DNA from: Candidatus Hermodarchaeota archaeon
Lineage (GTDB): Archaea; Asgardarchaeota; Lokiarchaeia; Sigyniarchaeales; SOKP01
Length of the DNA: 64,000 bases
NCBI GenBank assembly: GCA_048885925.1
Contig: JBHLLG010000004.1
Location: 32,001 to 96,000 of the forward strand
Direction: 5' to 3'
A model generated the notes under the pieces. It worked only from the letters and a program-made list of their open reading frames with translations, was not told the origin of the DNA and ran no database searches. This document shows positions 40,497 to 50,734 of this stretch, in pieces (position 1 is the first letter of the stretch; every line of letters starts with the position of its first letter). Made by a program: the position numbers and the translations under genes.

Positions 40497-41039
40497 TCAG
40501 AAAATACTCGATTTAAATTTATTATCAATATTATTTAGATTTATATTTTCGATAAAGTCAATCTCACCAGAATTCTTTAATGTTAGCACTGTGTTTGGTT
40601 TAATTACATATTTCGAAATCTCAATACTCGTAAATAAATTTGGTAAAATATCTATAATTTTATTCCCATAAATCATATTCCATTCATAAAATCTCAAAAA
40701 TATTATATTGGTTAGAAATTTTAATCCTTTTTCTCTTGATTCGATTGGTTTTTCTCGGTCTAAAAAATAGAATTTATAATCTGAGGATGGAAATATGTAA
40801 ATTCCATGTACTCTCTTATCTATTTTATAAGTTTCTTTTGCTTTAAATACCTGTAATGAAATAATTACATTCTTATTCCTTTCGTCAAAGAGCTTTCCAT
40901 CTTCTTCTACAAATATAATACAATCATTTTTAAGGGCAATATAATGCTTTCGAGAGGTATCATCAGTAATTTTTTGAACGAGGAGATCATAATATGAACT
41001 ATATATTTTATTATTATAGACAATTTCAATATCATTCAT
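40497..41039 (-). CDS. Hypothetical protein
   Basis: 180-aa ORF, no recognised motif. Confidence 0.6.
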   Translation of the reverse strand: MNDIEIVYNNKIYSSYYDLLVQKITDDTSRKHYIALKNDCIIFVEEDGKLFDERNKNVIISLQVFKAKETYKIDKRVHGIYIFPSSDYKFYFLDREKPIESREKGLKFLTNIIFLRFYEWNMIYGNKIIDILPNLFTSIEISKYVIKPNTVLTLKNSGEIDFIENINLNNIDNKFKSSIF

Positions 41040-41169
41040 TACTTTTAAGACTCCATTATCTTTTGACTACTTTATAATAATTAAAAAAAGGATTAAGATA
41101 AAGTTAATTAAATATAGAAAAAAATATGTTATTTAGGTTAAAGTTTATGCTAGAAAAACTTGTGAAGAT

Positions 41170-41316
41170 TTAAAAGTCATCATCTTCAAAATCCATTTCT
41201 TCGTCTAATAAGGATTTTTTTGGACTAGAAATAGGTTTTTTTGCCTCTTTCTTTTGTTGAGGCTTCTGTGGTTCTTTTTTAATTTGTTTTTTCTTATCGT
41301 CAAATTTTTTTGACAT
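41170..41316 (-). CDS. Small charged protein, 48 aa (not in ORF track)
   Basis: MSKKFDDKKKQIKKEPQKPQQKKEAKKPISSPKKSLLDEEMDFEDDDF; GGGTGA RBS-like element upstream. Confidence 0.65.
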   Translation of the reverse strand: MSKKFDDKKKQIKKEPQKPQQKKEAKKPISSPKKSLLDEEMDFEDDDF

Positions 41317-41749
41317 ATTTTTCACCCTATTTTTATTTAATAGAGTTATAATAAAATAATTTAACCTGCTATTTAAAGATTTTCCTCAACTATTTCTTCA
41401 TTTAGGTTAATCTCTGGGCGAATAGTTTGCCCTTCCTAAATCTAATTTACTCTACTCTAGTTTATATTTCAGAGAGTTTTGTTCATTCGTAGAATGTTTA
41501 TTAAGGCTAACTTTAGATATAAAATAAACATTTCTTAAATTTTATTTAAATTCTGAACAAACTTAGAAAAATATTAATCTCTTTTAGCCTAAAGAATTCA
41601 ATTTTCAAAGAATTTTTGTTTCTAAGATATTATATTTTCAATTATCTACAATAAAGCAAATTGATGATCAAAATCCTATAATAGAAAATATAAAGATTAT
41701 AAATTTATAAAAAAAATTAATAATATTAACCAATTTTTTCAATTTTTTA

Positions 41750-42196
41750 TTATAATTCTAGAGATTGAAGTCGTGCATATCCTTTCTTAAGAAAATCATA
41801 ATCAAGTAATTCTATTTTCTCTGGAATAATTTTTAGTATTAATTTTCTCTTTCCCCTAACAATTTTTTGAGCGGTTTCGAATTCTTTATCTCCTTCTCTT
41901 AAAAAAATTAATCTATCTTTACCAGAAGCAGTGATTTGCATGCCTTGAACTTTACCTTCGGATAATGGTGTATATATACCAATACTAATATTTGGATTTT
42001 CTTCTATATTTTTTACTTTTCTTCCAGGAGTAGGAGCTATATAAATGTTAAAGTTATCTTCTTCTATATAAAAGTCCATGGGAGTTGCTCGAGGGATATT
42101 ATTGCTACAAGTGCAAAGAACTAGTTCTTTCCTTTTGTTTAAAAATTTACTTATTTCTTTTTTTAGGTCTTCCTTTGGCATTTTCTGCTGGCTCAT
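41750..42196 (-). CDS. Pyridoxamine 5'-phosphate oxidase-like split-barrel protein
   Basis: LCTCSNNIPRATPM and KVKNIEENPNISI. Confidence 0.8.
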   Translation of the reverse strand: MSQQKMPKEDLKKEISKFLNKRKELVLCTCSNNIPRATPMDFYIEEDNFNIYIAPTPGRKVKNIEENPNISIGIYTPLSEGKVQGMQITASGKDRLIFLREGDKEFETAQKIVRGKRKLILKIIPEKIELLDYDFLKKGYARLQSLEL

Positions 42197-42293
42197 TTAG
42201 AGATCACTGACTTTTTCAATTTTATTAATAATTAAAAGTAAAGAATTGAAAATAAATCTTTAAAGAATAAGAAGAAAATAGTTACTCTTGGGT

Positions 42294-43445
42294 TTAAAAT
42301 CCAACTATATTAATGGGTGTAGAATCATTATTTGAATCTACAGCAGCTCTAACATACGGAGAAACGGGACCATTAGCAAGAACCATTATTTTTATTTTTG
42401 AGCCCATATCAGGTTTATTTTGAACTCCAAACTTTAATTGGGCTTGTTCAGGGATTTGATGCGAAATAGTAGAAACTACTTTATCAACTTTTGATAAAGT
42501 TAATGTGTGATCACCAGTAACAGATACTAAGCATCTATTTACCTGGTTTGGATCTGGCTTAAGAAGGGGATTATTTAATGCTAATTTTGCTTTATCGATT
42601 AAATCTGGTTCTTCACCTAAGGATTCGGCAATACCAACTAACCCCGAAGGATATTTTCCATGCGGATTTTCCAGCAATGTTTTTTTCACATCTGCAAAAT
42701 CTATATTTACCAAACCGCAATTATTAATTAAATTGACAACTTCTCCTATATTTCTTATTAATATTTCATCCATAATTTTGAATCCGGTTATCATAGGAAT
42801 CTTACCAACAATTTCTAGTAAATTGTCATTTGGAATTGGAATTAGAAAGTCAGAGTATTTAGCGAGGTTTTTTAGACCCAGATTCGCTCTTACTGATCGT
42901 TGTTTGCCCTCAGAGTTAAATGGAAGTGAGCAAAAAGTAACAACTATTGCATTATTTTGCTTTGCTTCTTCCGCAATAATAGGAGCCGCTCCAGTACCAG
43001 TACCACCACCTAAACCACAAGTCAAAAAGATGATATCTCCATTTAATGCTTGATTTATCCTTTTTCGGTCTTCTTCTGCTGCTTCAGCACCGATAATAGG
43101 ATCATTTCCAGAACCCAATCCATTACATCGTTCCTTTCCTATTAATATTTTATATTTTGAATTTGAGTAATATAAATCATGAGCATCAGTATTGATATTT
43201 ATAGTTTCGGCATTTTCTATACCCATATCTTCTAATCGTGAAACTGTATTATTTCCCGCACCTCCAACACCAACCACTAATGTTTTAATTTTTAAAACTT
43301 TTAATAAATCTGCTAAATACTTATCATCATCACAATTTGGATTTGAATTAGGATTTTGATTGTATTGAGCTATTTGGTTAAATCGATCTCTTACTGATGC
43401 TCGGGATTTTGCCAATTCAACTAAATCAAATATATCATCTGTCAT
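42294..43445 (-). CDS. ftsZ: FtsZ-family GTPase
   Basis: GVGGAGNN, INTD, GLGGGTGTGAAP, PFNSEG, NDNL, T7 loop NIDFADV. Confidence 0.93.
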   Translation of the reverse strand: MTDDIFDLVELAKSRASVRDRFNQIAQYNQNPNSNPNCDDDKYLADLLKVLKIKTLVVGVGGAGNNTVSRLEDMGIENAETININTDAHDLYYSNSKYKILIGKERCNGLGSGNDPIIGAEAAEEDRKRINQALNGDIIFLTCGLGGGTGTGAAPIIAEEAKQNNAIVVTFCSLPFNSEGKQRSVRANLGLKNLAKYSDFLIPIPNDNLLEIVGKIPMITGFKIMDEILIRNIGEVVNLINNCGLVNIDFADVKKTLLENPHGKYPSGLVGIAESLGEEPDLIDKAKLALNNPLLKPDPNQVNRCLVSVTGDHTLTLSKVDKVVSTISHQIPEQAQLKFGVQNKPDMGSKIKIMVLANGPVSPYVRAAVDSNNDSTPINIVGF

Positions 43446-43649
43446 AAGACATAATCACAAAAAATAAGTTTTATACCTTATAATACGAGAAAGATATCAG
43501 AATAATATAATTGAGAAATATCTAGATAATATGAAGGGAATACCTTAGCTACAAAAAAGCATAAGGTTTTAAATACCATTCTTAATATTTACTTACAACA
43601 ATAAATTTCATTTAAGAAATTCAATACTAAAACAATCAAATTGATTTAA

Positions 43650-44204
43650 ATGAAAGCTAAATGGGAAATTTTACTGATTTTAATTTTTTTCGTAATTTTA
43701 TTATTAATCGTAGTTCTAATATCGGTGTTGATTGATTGGCCTCTTATAACAGAAAATTCTACTTATCTTTCAGAAGCTACATTTGATTTTTGGAGTTTAG
43801 GACATTTTCTAGCGGGATTGGGAATGTTTATGCTTGTCTTTACATTATATTTTATAATAAAAAATGTAATAGATAAACCTGGAGAACCTCCTGGTTTAGA
43901 AATTCCATCATCAAAAAATATTCGCATTACATGGTTGATTACACTAGTTGCATCAATATTATGGGAGATTATAGAAAATACTTTACTTTTTGCTTTAGGT
44001 ATTAAAGCTAAATTTGATAGTATTATTAATGCAACTACAGATATTCTTATATGGGGTATTGGAGGTCTTATCGCATGGTATCTTACCCATTTGATGTTTG
44101 TTAGTCATGATGACGTACACGCATACTACTTATTTACTTTCATAAATTTAGCTGCCTTCTTCATAGTTTTCATTCTTTTTGGGTATCTGACATTCAATAT
44201 TTAA
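43650..44204 (+). CDS. Hypothetical membrane protein
   Basis: Several TM segments with DFWSLGH, WEIIE and DSIINATTD motifs. Confidence 0.7.
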   Translation: MKAKWEILLILIFFVILLLIVVLISVLIDWPLITENSTYLSEATFDFWSLGHFLAGLGMFMLVFTLYFIIKNVIDKPGEPPGLEIPSSKNIRITWLITLVASILWEIIENTLLFALGIKAKFDSIINATTDILIWGIGGLIAWYLTHLMFVSHDDVHAYYLFTFINLAAFFIVFILFGYLTFNI

Positions 44205-44343
44205 ATCTTTATTTTTATTCTTTTTTTTTATTAAATTGAGAACAATAGAGTAATTTTTATATTACCTGATCTATTAAATCTTTTTTTTGTTTGAAAAATA
44301 AGACAAATCCTTGTAGAGATTAAATTTATAAACTATTATTTTC

Positions 44344-44610
44344 ATGACTATCATGCTTGGGGTTAAAAATATGGAAATTGATAATACAAAAAATAGTAGC
44401 GATAAATCTATAACCGCTTCTGAAAGCGATGATTTAATTAAAGTAAGAGCTACAATTACGTGTCCAAATGGCGATTACAAAAAGAAGTTTAGAAATCAAT
44501 TTCTAAGGAAAGAGATTGATCTATTAATCCCTTGTCTAAAAATATTCGATTGGTTAACATGTAATAAATGTGGTGAACTCTTAAGATTAGATTTAGAGTT
44601 CAATATTTAA
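44344..44610 (+). CDS. Small Cys-containing, probably zinc-binding protein
   Basis: TCPNG and TCNKCGE. Confidence 0.6.
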   Translation: MTIMLGVKNMEIDNTKNSSDKSITASESDDLIKVRATITCPNGDYKKKFRNQFLRKEIDLLIPCLKIFDWLTCNKCGELLRLDLEFNI

Positions 44611-44682
44611 AATCTCAAAAATCTGGACTAATTTTTTTATCATTACTTATTTTAGGTTAAGATTTTAACTTTTAGTTCTTCT

Positions 44683-45993
44683 TTATATTTTAATATTAAT
44701 ATGACCATAAGTGCCACCACCTCCAGGAGTATATTCAATTTCATTATTTCTGAGAGCTTTTACGACTAAAGCTATATTAACGTCAAGTTTTTCAATTTTA
44801 CTTATTGGAATATCTATTAAAATTTCAAATTCAGTTCCTAGTTCTCTGATAATTTTATTATATTCGTTTAAAACCGTCTTACTTGTTAAGCTTTTAATGT
44901 TTTTAATAGAACGGATAATATCTATTAATGGAACTGCATTAATATATGGAGGTCTATGATCGGGATGTCTAGGCTCTTTATATGTAGAAATTTTTTCAAT
45001 CCTTTCACTAACTCCTAATTTAATTTTAAATGATTTATTTAATTGTTCTTTACAAGCTGAACAGATCATCTTACTATTTGAAACTTTTTCTAAATAATCT
45101 AATCTTGAAGCTATAGGATCTACTGAGTAGTAAGTAATAAAATTATCATTAATTGAATATTGATTAAAAATCAAATCCGTTTGTTTTTTTGTTTTCTTAA
45201 ACATTATCCTTCTCCTACATTTACTACAGAACATAACATAATATTTCCCTAGTTTAGGATTTAAACCAACATTTAATATTATTTTTCTTCCATTTTTTCT
45301 CTCTATTGCTTGTACAACTTCAACAAATGATGGATTATCAATATCAAACCTATTAAATTCTCTTCCCAAAGATCGTGGATCTTGTGAATGTGCATCACTA
45401 TTACTTAGAAATGTGACATTTTTTAGACATTCTAATCTGTCTGCAAGTTCAGTATTGGCAGAAAGTCCTAACTCAATAAATTTAATTTTCTGAGCAGCAT
45501 TAGAATAACAATCCTCAAGAGTTTTGAATTTATTTTGTCGAAAGATTGCTTTAAAAGGTGTGAAAGCATGAGCAGGACCAATCAACCCCCCCTCATCCGA
45601 AATAATATCAGTTAATTCTGCTGGAGATAGATTTACTCTTGGTCGCCCACCCCACTCACCTAAAATATTACTTGAATAAGGTTCTAATTTTTTTTGAATA
45701 GCCTCTACCATATTGAAATCTTCGAAAAATATTACTTCATGAACATTTTCTTTATCCTCTATTTCAGTTTGAAGAATAAAATAAATATCCTTATAATAAT
45801 AAGCTCCATCTCTATTTTTTTCCAAATTACTTTTTAAGTGTTTAAGCCAATTTGGTTGTAAGACATCACCCGTACCTAGAATATGCAAACCTTTTTTTTT
45901 ACAAGTATCGAACATTGTATCTAGATTTAATGATTTCGACACTCCTATTGAATGTGGAGAATGTATATGTAAATCTGCGTTAAAAAAATCCAT
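44683..45993 (-). CDS. PHP-domain endonuclease Q-like protein
   Basis: ADLHIHS, GTGD, PAHAFTP, ELGLSA, SNSDAHS, LGREFN, LGKYY...CSKC, CSAC...GVSERI, PGGGGTYG. Confidence 0.88.
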   Translation of the reverse strand: MDFFNADLHIHSPHSIGVSKSLNLDTMFDTCKKKGLHILGTGDVLQPNWLKHLKSNLEKNRDGAYYYKDIYFILQTEIEDKENVHEVIFFEDFNMVEAIQKKLEPYSSNILGEWGGRPRVNLSPAELTDIISDEGGLIGPAHAFTPFKAIFRQNKFKTLEDCYSNAAQKIKFIELGLSANTELADRLECLKNVTFLSNSDAHSQDPRSLGREFNRFDIDNPSFVEVVQAIERKNGRKIILNVGLNPKLGKYYVMFCSKCRRRIMFKKTKKQTDLIFNQYSINDNFITYYSVDPIASRLDYLEKVSNSKMICSACKEQLNKSFKIKLGVSERIEKISTYKEPRHPDHRPPYINAVPLIDIIRSIKNIKSLTSKTVLNEYNKIIRELGTEFEILIDIPISKIEKLDVNIALVVKALRNNEIEYTPGGGGTYGHINIKI

Positions 45994-46061
45994 TTAATTC
46001 ATGAACTATTAATTTTATTTATATTTTTATTTTAATATAATTAAGATTCTTTTATTTACGT

Positions 46062-47108
46062 TTAAATAATGATCATTTTATCATAGATAGGATCAGTTAA
46101 TAGAATTCTAAAATAAGATAATGTATTTTTATAATTTATTTGTTCTAACTTACCTTCAACTAATACATCCTCACCTTTTTTTGCATGTTCGCAAAAACGA
46201 CCCCTGAATGATATAATTTCAATTATATCTTTTTCACGTATTTGATTTAATTTAAATTTGGTTTCGAGCATTTTTTTAGTATTTATTTTATATGAGCAAG
46301 GTGTAAAAAGAGAGTCTGTTGAATCTAAGATATTCGCTTTGAGTTTCACATGTCCATAATTTTTAAACTGATAATCATAAAAATTTCCTTTCCAGTCTCT
46401 AGGGTTTTTTATATATCTAATAAAAAAATTACGATCCATAAATTTACCTTGATGTTGCTTCCTTTGTTCAATTTTCAGAAAATTTTCAAATGAAATACTG
46501 GATCCACCAGCTCTCCATTGATAATGAGATTTATATTCATCTAAATTATACTTCCGAAAATTACCTGATTTTTTAAATAATTCTGTCAATTTATCTTGAA
46601 AGTTCAAACTGGTTTCAGTACCATATATGATTACATCTATATCTGAATTGTTAGTATCTAACCCAACCATTGTTGACCCAGTAATTCCTATTGAATTCTG
46701 AGAAAGGTTCCCTTCATTAATAAAAAACTCGCATAAATCTTTAGAAATTTTTTGAATTATAGATAAATTTTTTTCATTTAATAATTTTTTAAAGAAGCTG
46801 CTTGGAGTATAAATTTTTTTGATATCTTTTATTTTAACTCCTTGGACCTCCATATCGAGTTCTTTAGAAAAAAAAAGATATTTTGGATATTTCTCTCTTA
46901 AAAAATCATATCTTTCGTATAAGTTGTAAATTTTTTGAAACTTTATACCATCTTTCTCTCTATCTCCATCTGGATGAGGATAAAATCTTAAAAAGCAAAT
47001 CTTACGTTCTTTTGGATGAAGTAAACCTTTTACATCAAAAAATAAGTTATCTTTTTTTGTTTCTATATAATCCCCTTCAATACCTTTGATAATTTTCATT
47101 AATTTCAC
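46062..47108 (-). CDS. Archaeal predicted nucleotidyltransferase
   Basis: GITGS...SDIDVIIYG pol-beta-type motif; C-terminal GEDVLVEGKLE. Confidence 0.8.
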   Translation of the reverse strand: MKLMKIIKGIEGDYIETKKDNLFFDVKGLLHPKERKICFLRFYPHPDGDREKDGIKFQKIYNLYERYDFLREKYPKYLFFSKELDMEVQGVKIKDIKKIYTPSSFFKKLLNEKNLSIIQKISKDLCEFFINEGNLSQNSIGITGSTMVGLDTNNSDIDVIIYGTETSLNFQDKLTELFKKSGNFRKYNLDEYKSHYQWRAGGSSISFENFLKIEQRKQHQGKFMDRNFFIRYIKNPRDWKGNFYDYQFKNYGHVKLKANILDSTDSLFTPCSYKINTKKMLETKFKLNQIREKDIIEIISFRGRFCEHAKKGEDVLVEGKLEQINYKNTLSYFRILLTDPIYDKMIII

Positions 47109-47119
47109 AATAAATCTGA

Positions 47120-48256
47120 TTAATATTTTGAAGGAGTTTTCGATTTAATTTTATGCTTTGGTATAGTTTTAGTTTTCTTTATTTCCCTTTCAAAGTTTCT
47201 TTTTTCATTTAGAAATCTTTGCTTATCCTGTTCTAATTTTTCTCTTTCACGTCTGATGATACTTTTCTCATTTTCTAAGTATGACTTTTCTTTTTCTAAT
47301 TGTCTATAATCATTATTTAATTTACTAAATTTTTCTTCTAATTTTGGGATTTTAGAGTTTAAGGAGTGATAAGTACTTTCTGCTCGAGGTAGCTTTTTCT
47401 CTAATTCATTTAATCTTGCTTCATGTTGCTTTCTTCTTTTTTCTAAATCTTTTACATCTTTTTCCATCTTTTCTTTAGCTTTTCGGAGATCTGCATTCTT
47501 TTTATCAATTTCACGAGCTTTTAGATCTAAATCTTGTTTTCTATAACGAGTTTTTTCTCTTTCTTCTTTCAATTTTTTTTTCTCGTCAGAGATTCGATTT
47601 TTTTCATCATTAATTTCCCTTTTTAAATTACTAATTTCTCTATCTAAATTATCTCTCTCTTTAGTTAAGTGTTTAATTTCATTTCTCAAATCCATTAACT
47701 TATCTTCTAAATTATTTATAGTTCTATTTAAAGCATCCTCTCTTCTTTCCATTCCGGGAAGTTTTGTTTTAATTTCTTTAATGCGATTTTCTGTGTTTTC
47801 TTTTTCTTTCTCTAATAAATTCTTTTCTTTTCCTATTTGTTCTCGAACTTTATTTAATTTTTCTTGGAATGTTTCTAATTCAGCTTTTTTTTGATTTAAC
47901 TCTTCATTTCTTCTTCTGAATTTTTCTTTAAATTGTCTTTCTTTATTAGTTAAATCATCATTTTGCTGTTGAATTTTACTCTTTAGATAATTTAATTCTT
48001 TTTCTAGCTTATCGCGTTTTTCAAGAAGATCTTTGATTTCTAATTCTCGATTTTTTCTTTTTTTTTCAAGATCTTGGACATTATCTTTATAATCTTGAAT
48101 TTGTCTAACAACTTTTTCCCATTCGGTTTTTTCTTTATCTAATTTAACTCTTTCTTTTTTTATTTTTTTAAGTAGTTTTTTATCGGAAATTACTTCAATT
48201 TCCTCTTCGGGTGTTTTTTCTCGAATTTGATATTTAGGAATAGTTTCGTCATTCAT
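47120..48256 (-). CDS. Long coiled-coil protein
   Basis: Near-continuous K/E/R/L heptad pattern over more than 300 aa. Confidence 0.8.
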   Translation of the reverse strand: MNDETIPKYQIREKTPEEEIEVISDKKLLKKIKKERVKLDKEKTEWEKVVRQIQDYKDNVQDLEKKRKNRELEIKDLLEKRDKLEKELNYLKSKIQQQNDDLTNKERQFKEKFRRRNEELNQKKAELETFQEKLNKVREQIGKEKNLLEKEKENTENRIKEIKTKLPGMERREDALNRTINNLEDKLMDLRNEIKHLTKERDNLDREISNLKREINDEKNRISDEKKKLKEEREKTRYRKQDLDLKAREIDKKNADLRKAKEKMEKDVKDLEKRRKQHEARLNELEKKLPRAESTYHSLNSKIPKLEEKFSKLNNDYRQLEKEKSYLENEKSIIRREREKLEQDKQRFLNEKRNFEREIKKTKTIPKHKIKSKTPSKY

Positions 48257-48466
48257 AATAATTTTATACTATTCTTACTTTTTTAATAAAATTATATAAT
48301 TACTAACTCTAAAGTGTTTGCAATCTAAAATCTTAATATTTATTTTTTCTGCTCTATGGAATCTATTTATATATTATAATTTCTATTATCCTCACAACAG
48401 AAAATAGAAAAAAAACCATAAAAATAATATCTAAAATTATTAATTCTAAAACTTGGTGTTGAATAT

Positions 48467-48868
48467 ATGGGTTTTGATGATGATTTTGATGAAGATTTTG
48501 ATGAAGAGCTAGACGAAGATTTGGATGAGGATTTGGATGAAAAAATAGAAGAACCTGCTTCAAAAGCTCCTACAGAAGTAGTTGAATCAAAAACTCCTGC
48601 AACTAAAGTTATTGTTGAGGGAAAAAAGATATCATTATATTTTATGTCGACAATAGGACCTGGAGAAAAAAAGCAAAAATTACTCGTAAATACTGGAAAT
48701 AATGTTGGAGATGTTAAAGAAACTGTAGCAAACTTATTTGGATTAGATCCTGCTGATTTTCATTTATCATCTGGTGGAGTTACAATGGATGAGAATTCAT
48801 ATTTAAAAGATTATAATATAAGTGATGGTGACGATATACTTTTAATTCCAGCGAGTACAGCTGGTTAA
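48467..48868 (+). CDS. Ubiquitin-like protein 1 with acidic N-terminal tail, ends STAG
   Basis: Beta-grasp pattern VGDVKETV...FHLSSGGVTMDENSYLKDYNISDGDDILLI; C-terminal Gly. Confidence 0.88.
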   Translation: MGFDDDFDEDFDEELDEDLDEDLDEKIEEPASKAPTEVVESKTPATKVIVEGKKISLYFMSTIGPGEKKQKLLVNTGNNVGDVKETVANLFGLDPADFHLSSGGVTMDENSYLKDYNISDGDDILLIPASTAG

Positions 48869-48913
48869 ATATTTAAGTTAAAATCAGTATATTTAAAATA
48901 AAAAATCTTTTTT

Positions 48914-49708
48914 TTAACTCTTTTCTTTTCTTGAGGGAATTAGAGCAATTTCATCATCTTCGCTTATATCATAATCTTTTATTTGTAAGGTTTCATTCAA
49001 TAATATTCCTCCAGAAGAAAGAAGAAAAGATTCTAGATCATAATCAAACAGTTTACCAATTCTCTCCTTAATTAAACTTAGTAATTCCATTCTCTCAATG
49101 ATAATTATTTTTGTTTTTTCTCCAGGTTCAAGTAAAGACCTTACATAAACGCGGGTTTGATCTTCAAGGTCAATAGGATTTATAGGTGGTGTATATACAA
49201 TATCTTCATCAACTCTATCTCTATTCTTTAGCATATTTTCAATCAATACTTTTCTTTCATGTGAATTAAAATAAATCATTTCTCTAATAAACAAAATCTT
49301 ATCCATTTTTGATAATCCGAGAAGATTTATCTTATCCAATTCTTCTTGGCTAAAAATTGAAAAAATATATTTATCAATTATCGGCTTATCCTTATATGAT
49401 TCATTCGATTCAATATATTCTTCTATTGAAGGCATAGCTTCAATATAATCATCAAAAATGCTAGTAGGTATCCTTTTAATTGATTTTTTTTCTGCAATAA
49501 ACTTTTTTTTTCGTACCTTGTCACCCCAATTATCTTGAGATTGAATAATAGTATAAATGGTACTTGTAGATAATATTGCTACACTCCCAATTGTGAGAGA
49601 AAAAAATAATGGAATACTGTCTATACGATAAAAGAAAAAAGCTACATAAGCTAAAATAAAAAAAATATAAAGTGCAAAAACACTAAAAATTCTATATTTT
49701 TTCCTCAT
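48914..49708 (-). CDS. Membrane-anchored protein with C-terminal Ubl domain lacking the terminal Gly
   Basis: Two N-terminal TM; C-terminal PGEKTK...FLLSSGGILL...IKDYDISEDDEIALIP matches the neighbouring Ubls; ends SRKEKS. Confidence 0.8.
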   Translation of the reverse strand: MRKKYRIFSVFALYIFFILAYVAFFFYRIDSIPLFFSLTIGSVAILSTSTIYTIIQSQDNWGDKVRKKKFIAEKKSIKRIPTSIFDDYIEAMPSIEEYIESNESYKDKPIIDKYIFSIFSQEELDKINLLGLSKMDKILFIREMIYFNSHERKVLIENMLKNRDRVDEDIVYTPPINPIDLEDQTRVYVRSLLEPGEKTKIIIIERMELLSLIKERIGKLFDYDLESFLLSSGGILLNETLQIKDYDISEDDEIALIPSRKEKS

Positions 49709-49793
49709 AATTTTTTAAATAGATTTTGTTCTGAATTCTAAATATTTAATTTGACATATAAATTCCATTGGAATAAATTTGAAGTTTTAATAT

Positions 49794-50465
49794 TCATACT
49801 CCTTGAATTGATTTTTTAACTTGAGAATATTTTTCTCTATCTAACCTAAATAACTTTCTTTTTCCATCTTCTTCGATTCTTATCAATTTCAGATCTTTTA
49901 GAATATCTAAATATTTTTTTATAATATTATGATTTTTTTTCAAATTGACAGATATTTCTGTAATTTTCAGTTCTTTATTTGCTTCTTCCATAAAATTAAT
50001 TATTTTTTGAACGATTTTCTTCTTCAAATAATAATATAATTCATCAAATTCAGGATTTGAATCAAATTTAAAGAAAATTCTGTGATTATTGATTTTTTTT
50101 GATCTAACAAAATTAAATTTTTCTAAGCAGGATAAATGCCATAAAACTTGGTTGCTTCCGATATTTAAAACTTTCATTATTTTGTTAATATTAGATGGAT
50201 TCTTTTTAATATAATTTAGGATCTCATTTCTAGTAGGATTTTCAACTATATTATTTTTCATTAGTCTAGTTCCAGGGATAATAATACGTCTTTTTAGTAA
50301 CTTCTTTAAAATTAACTCTATACTATTTTCGTTAATATTAGGATTATATTTTACCCTATTATTTATATAGGATATAATGTCTCTTATCGAAAAAAAGCTC
50401 TTTTTTGTTAAATACTCCTCTACTAATTCAAGAACAATAGGTTCAATATTATTAAGAGAAGTCAT
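49794..50465 (-). CDS. Multi winged-helix transcription regulator
   Basis: NPTRNEILNYIKKNP...WHLSCLEK and a second HTH ITEISVNL...KKYLDIL. Confidence 0.8.
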   Translation of the reverse strand: MTSLNNIEPIVLELVEEYLTKKSFFSIRDIISYINNRVKYNPNINENSIELILKKLLKRRIIIPGTRLMKNNIVENPTRNEILNYIKKNPSNINKIMKVLNIGSNQVLWHLSCLEKFNFVRSKKINNHRIFFKFDSNPEFDELYYYLKKKIVQKIINFMEEANKELKITEISVNLKKNHNIIKKYLDILKDLKLIRIEEDGKRKLFRLDREKYSQVKKSIQGV

Positions 50466-50734
50466 AATCCTATATTATTAATATGTTGAAATTTAATGGG
50501 TTTTATAATTAAATATTCTCTCTAATACAACATTTTATATTTTATATATATTAATAGGCATTCATACAATTTATAATATAATTTATTGAAATTCATAATT
50601 TCTCCATTTTATTCGGGATAAAGATCTGAAAAAACTTCAAAATCATTCCAAAGGGTTTTATAATATTTTTTTAACGCTATTTTATTAAATTTAACAAAAT
50701 TAAAAAATCAAATAATTAAAAAAAAGTGATATGA

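Noticed and set aside
41405-41440. Minus-strand GGCAAAC resembling a c-di-GMP-I riboswitch
   Set aside because: No GNRA loop or GACGCAAA segment follows
48478-48541. GATGA(A/G)GAT-type repeats
   Set aside because: They encode the Asp/Glu-rich tail of Ubl1; not a CRISPR or non-coding repeat
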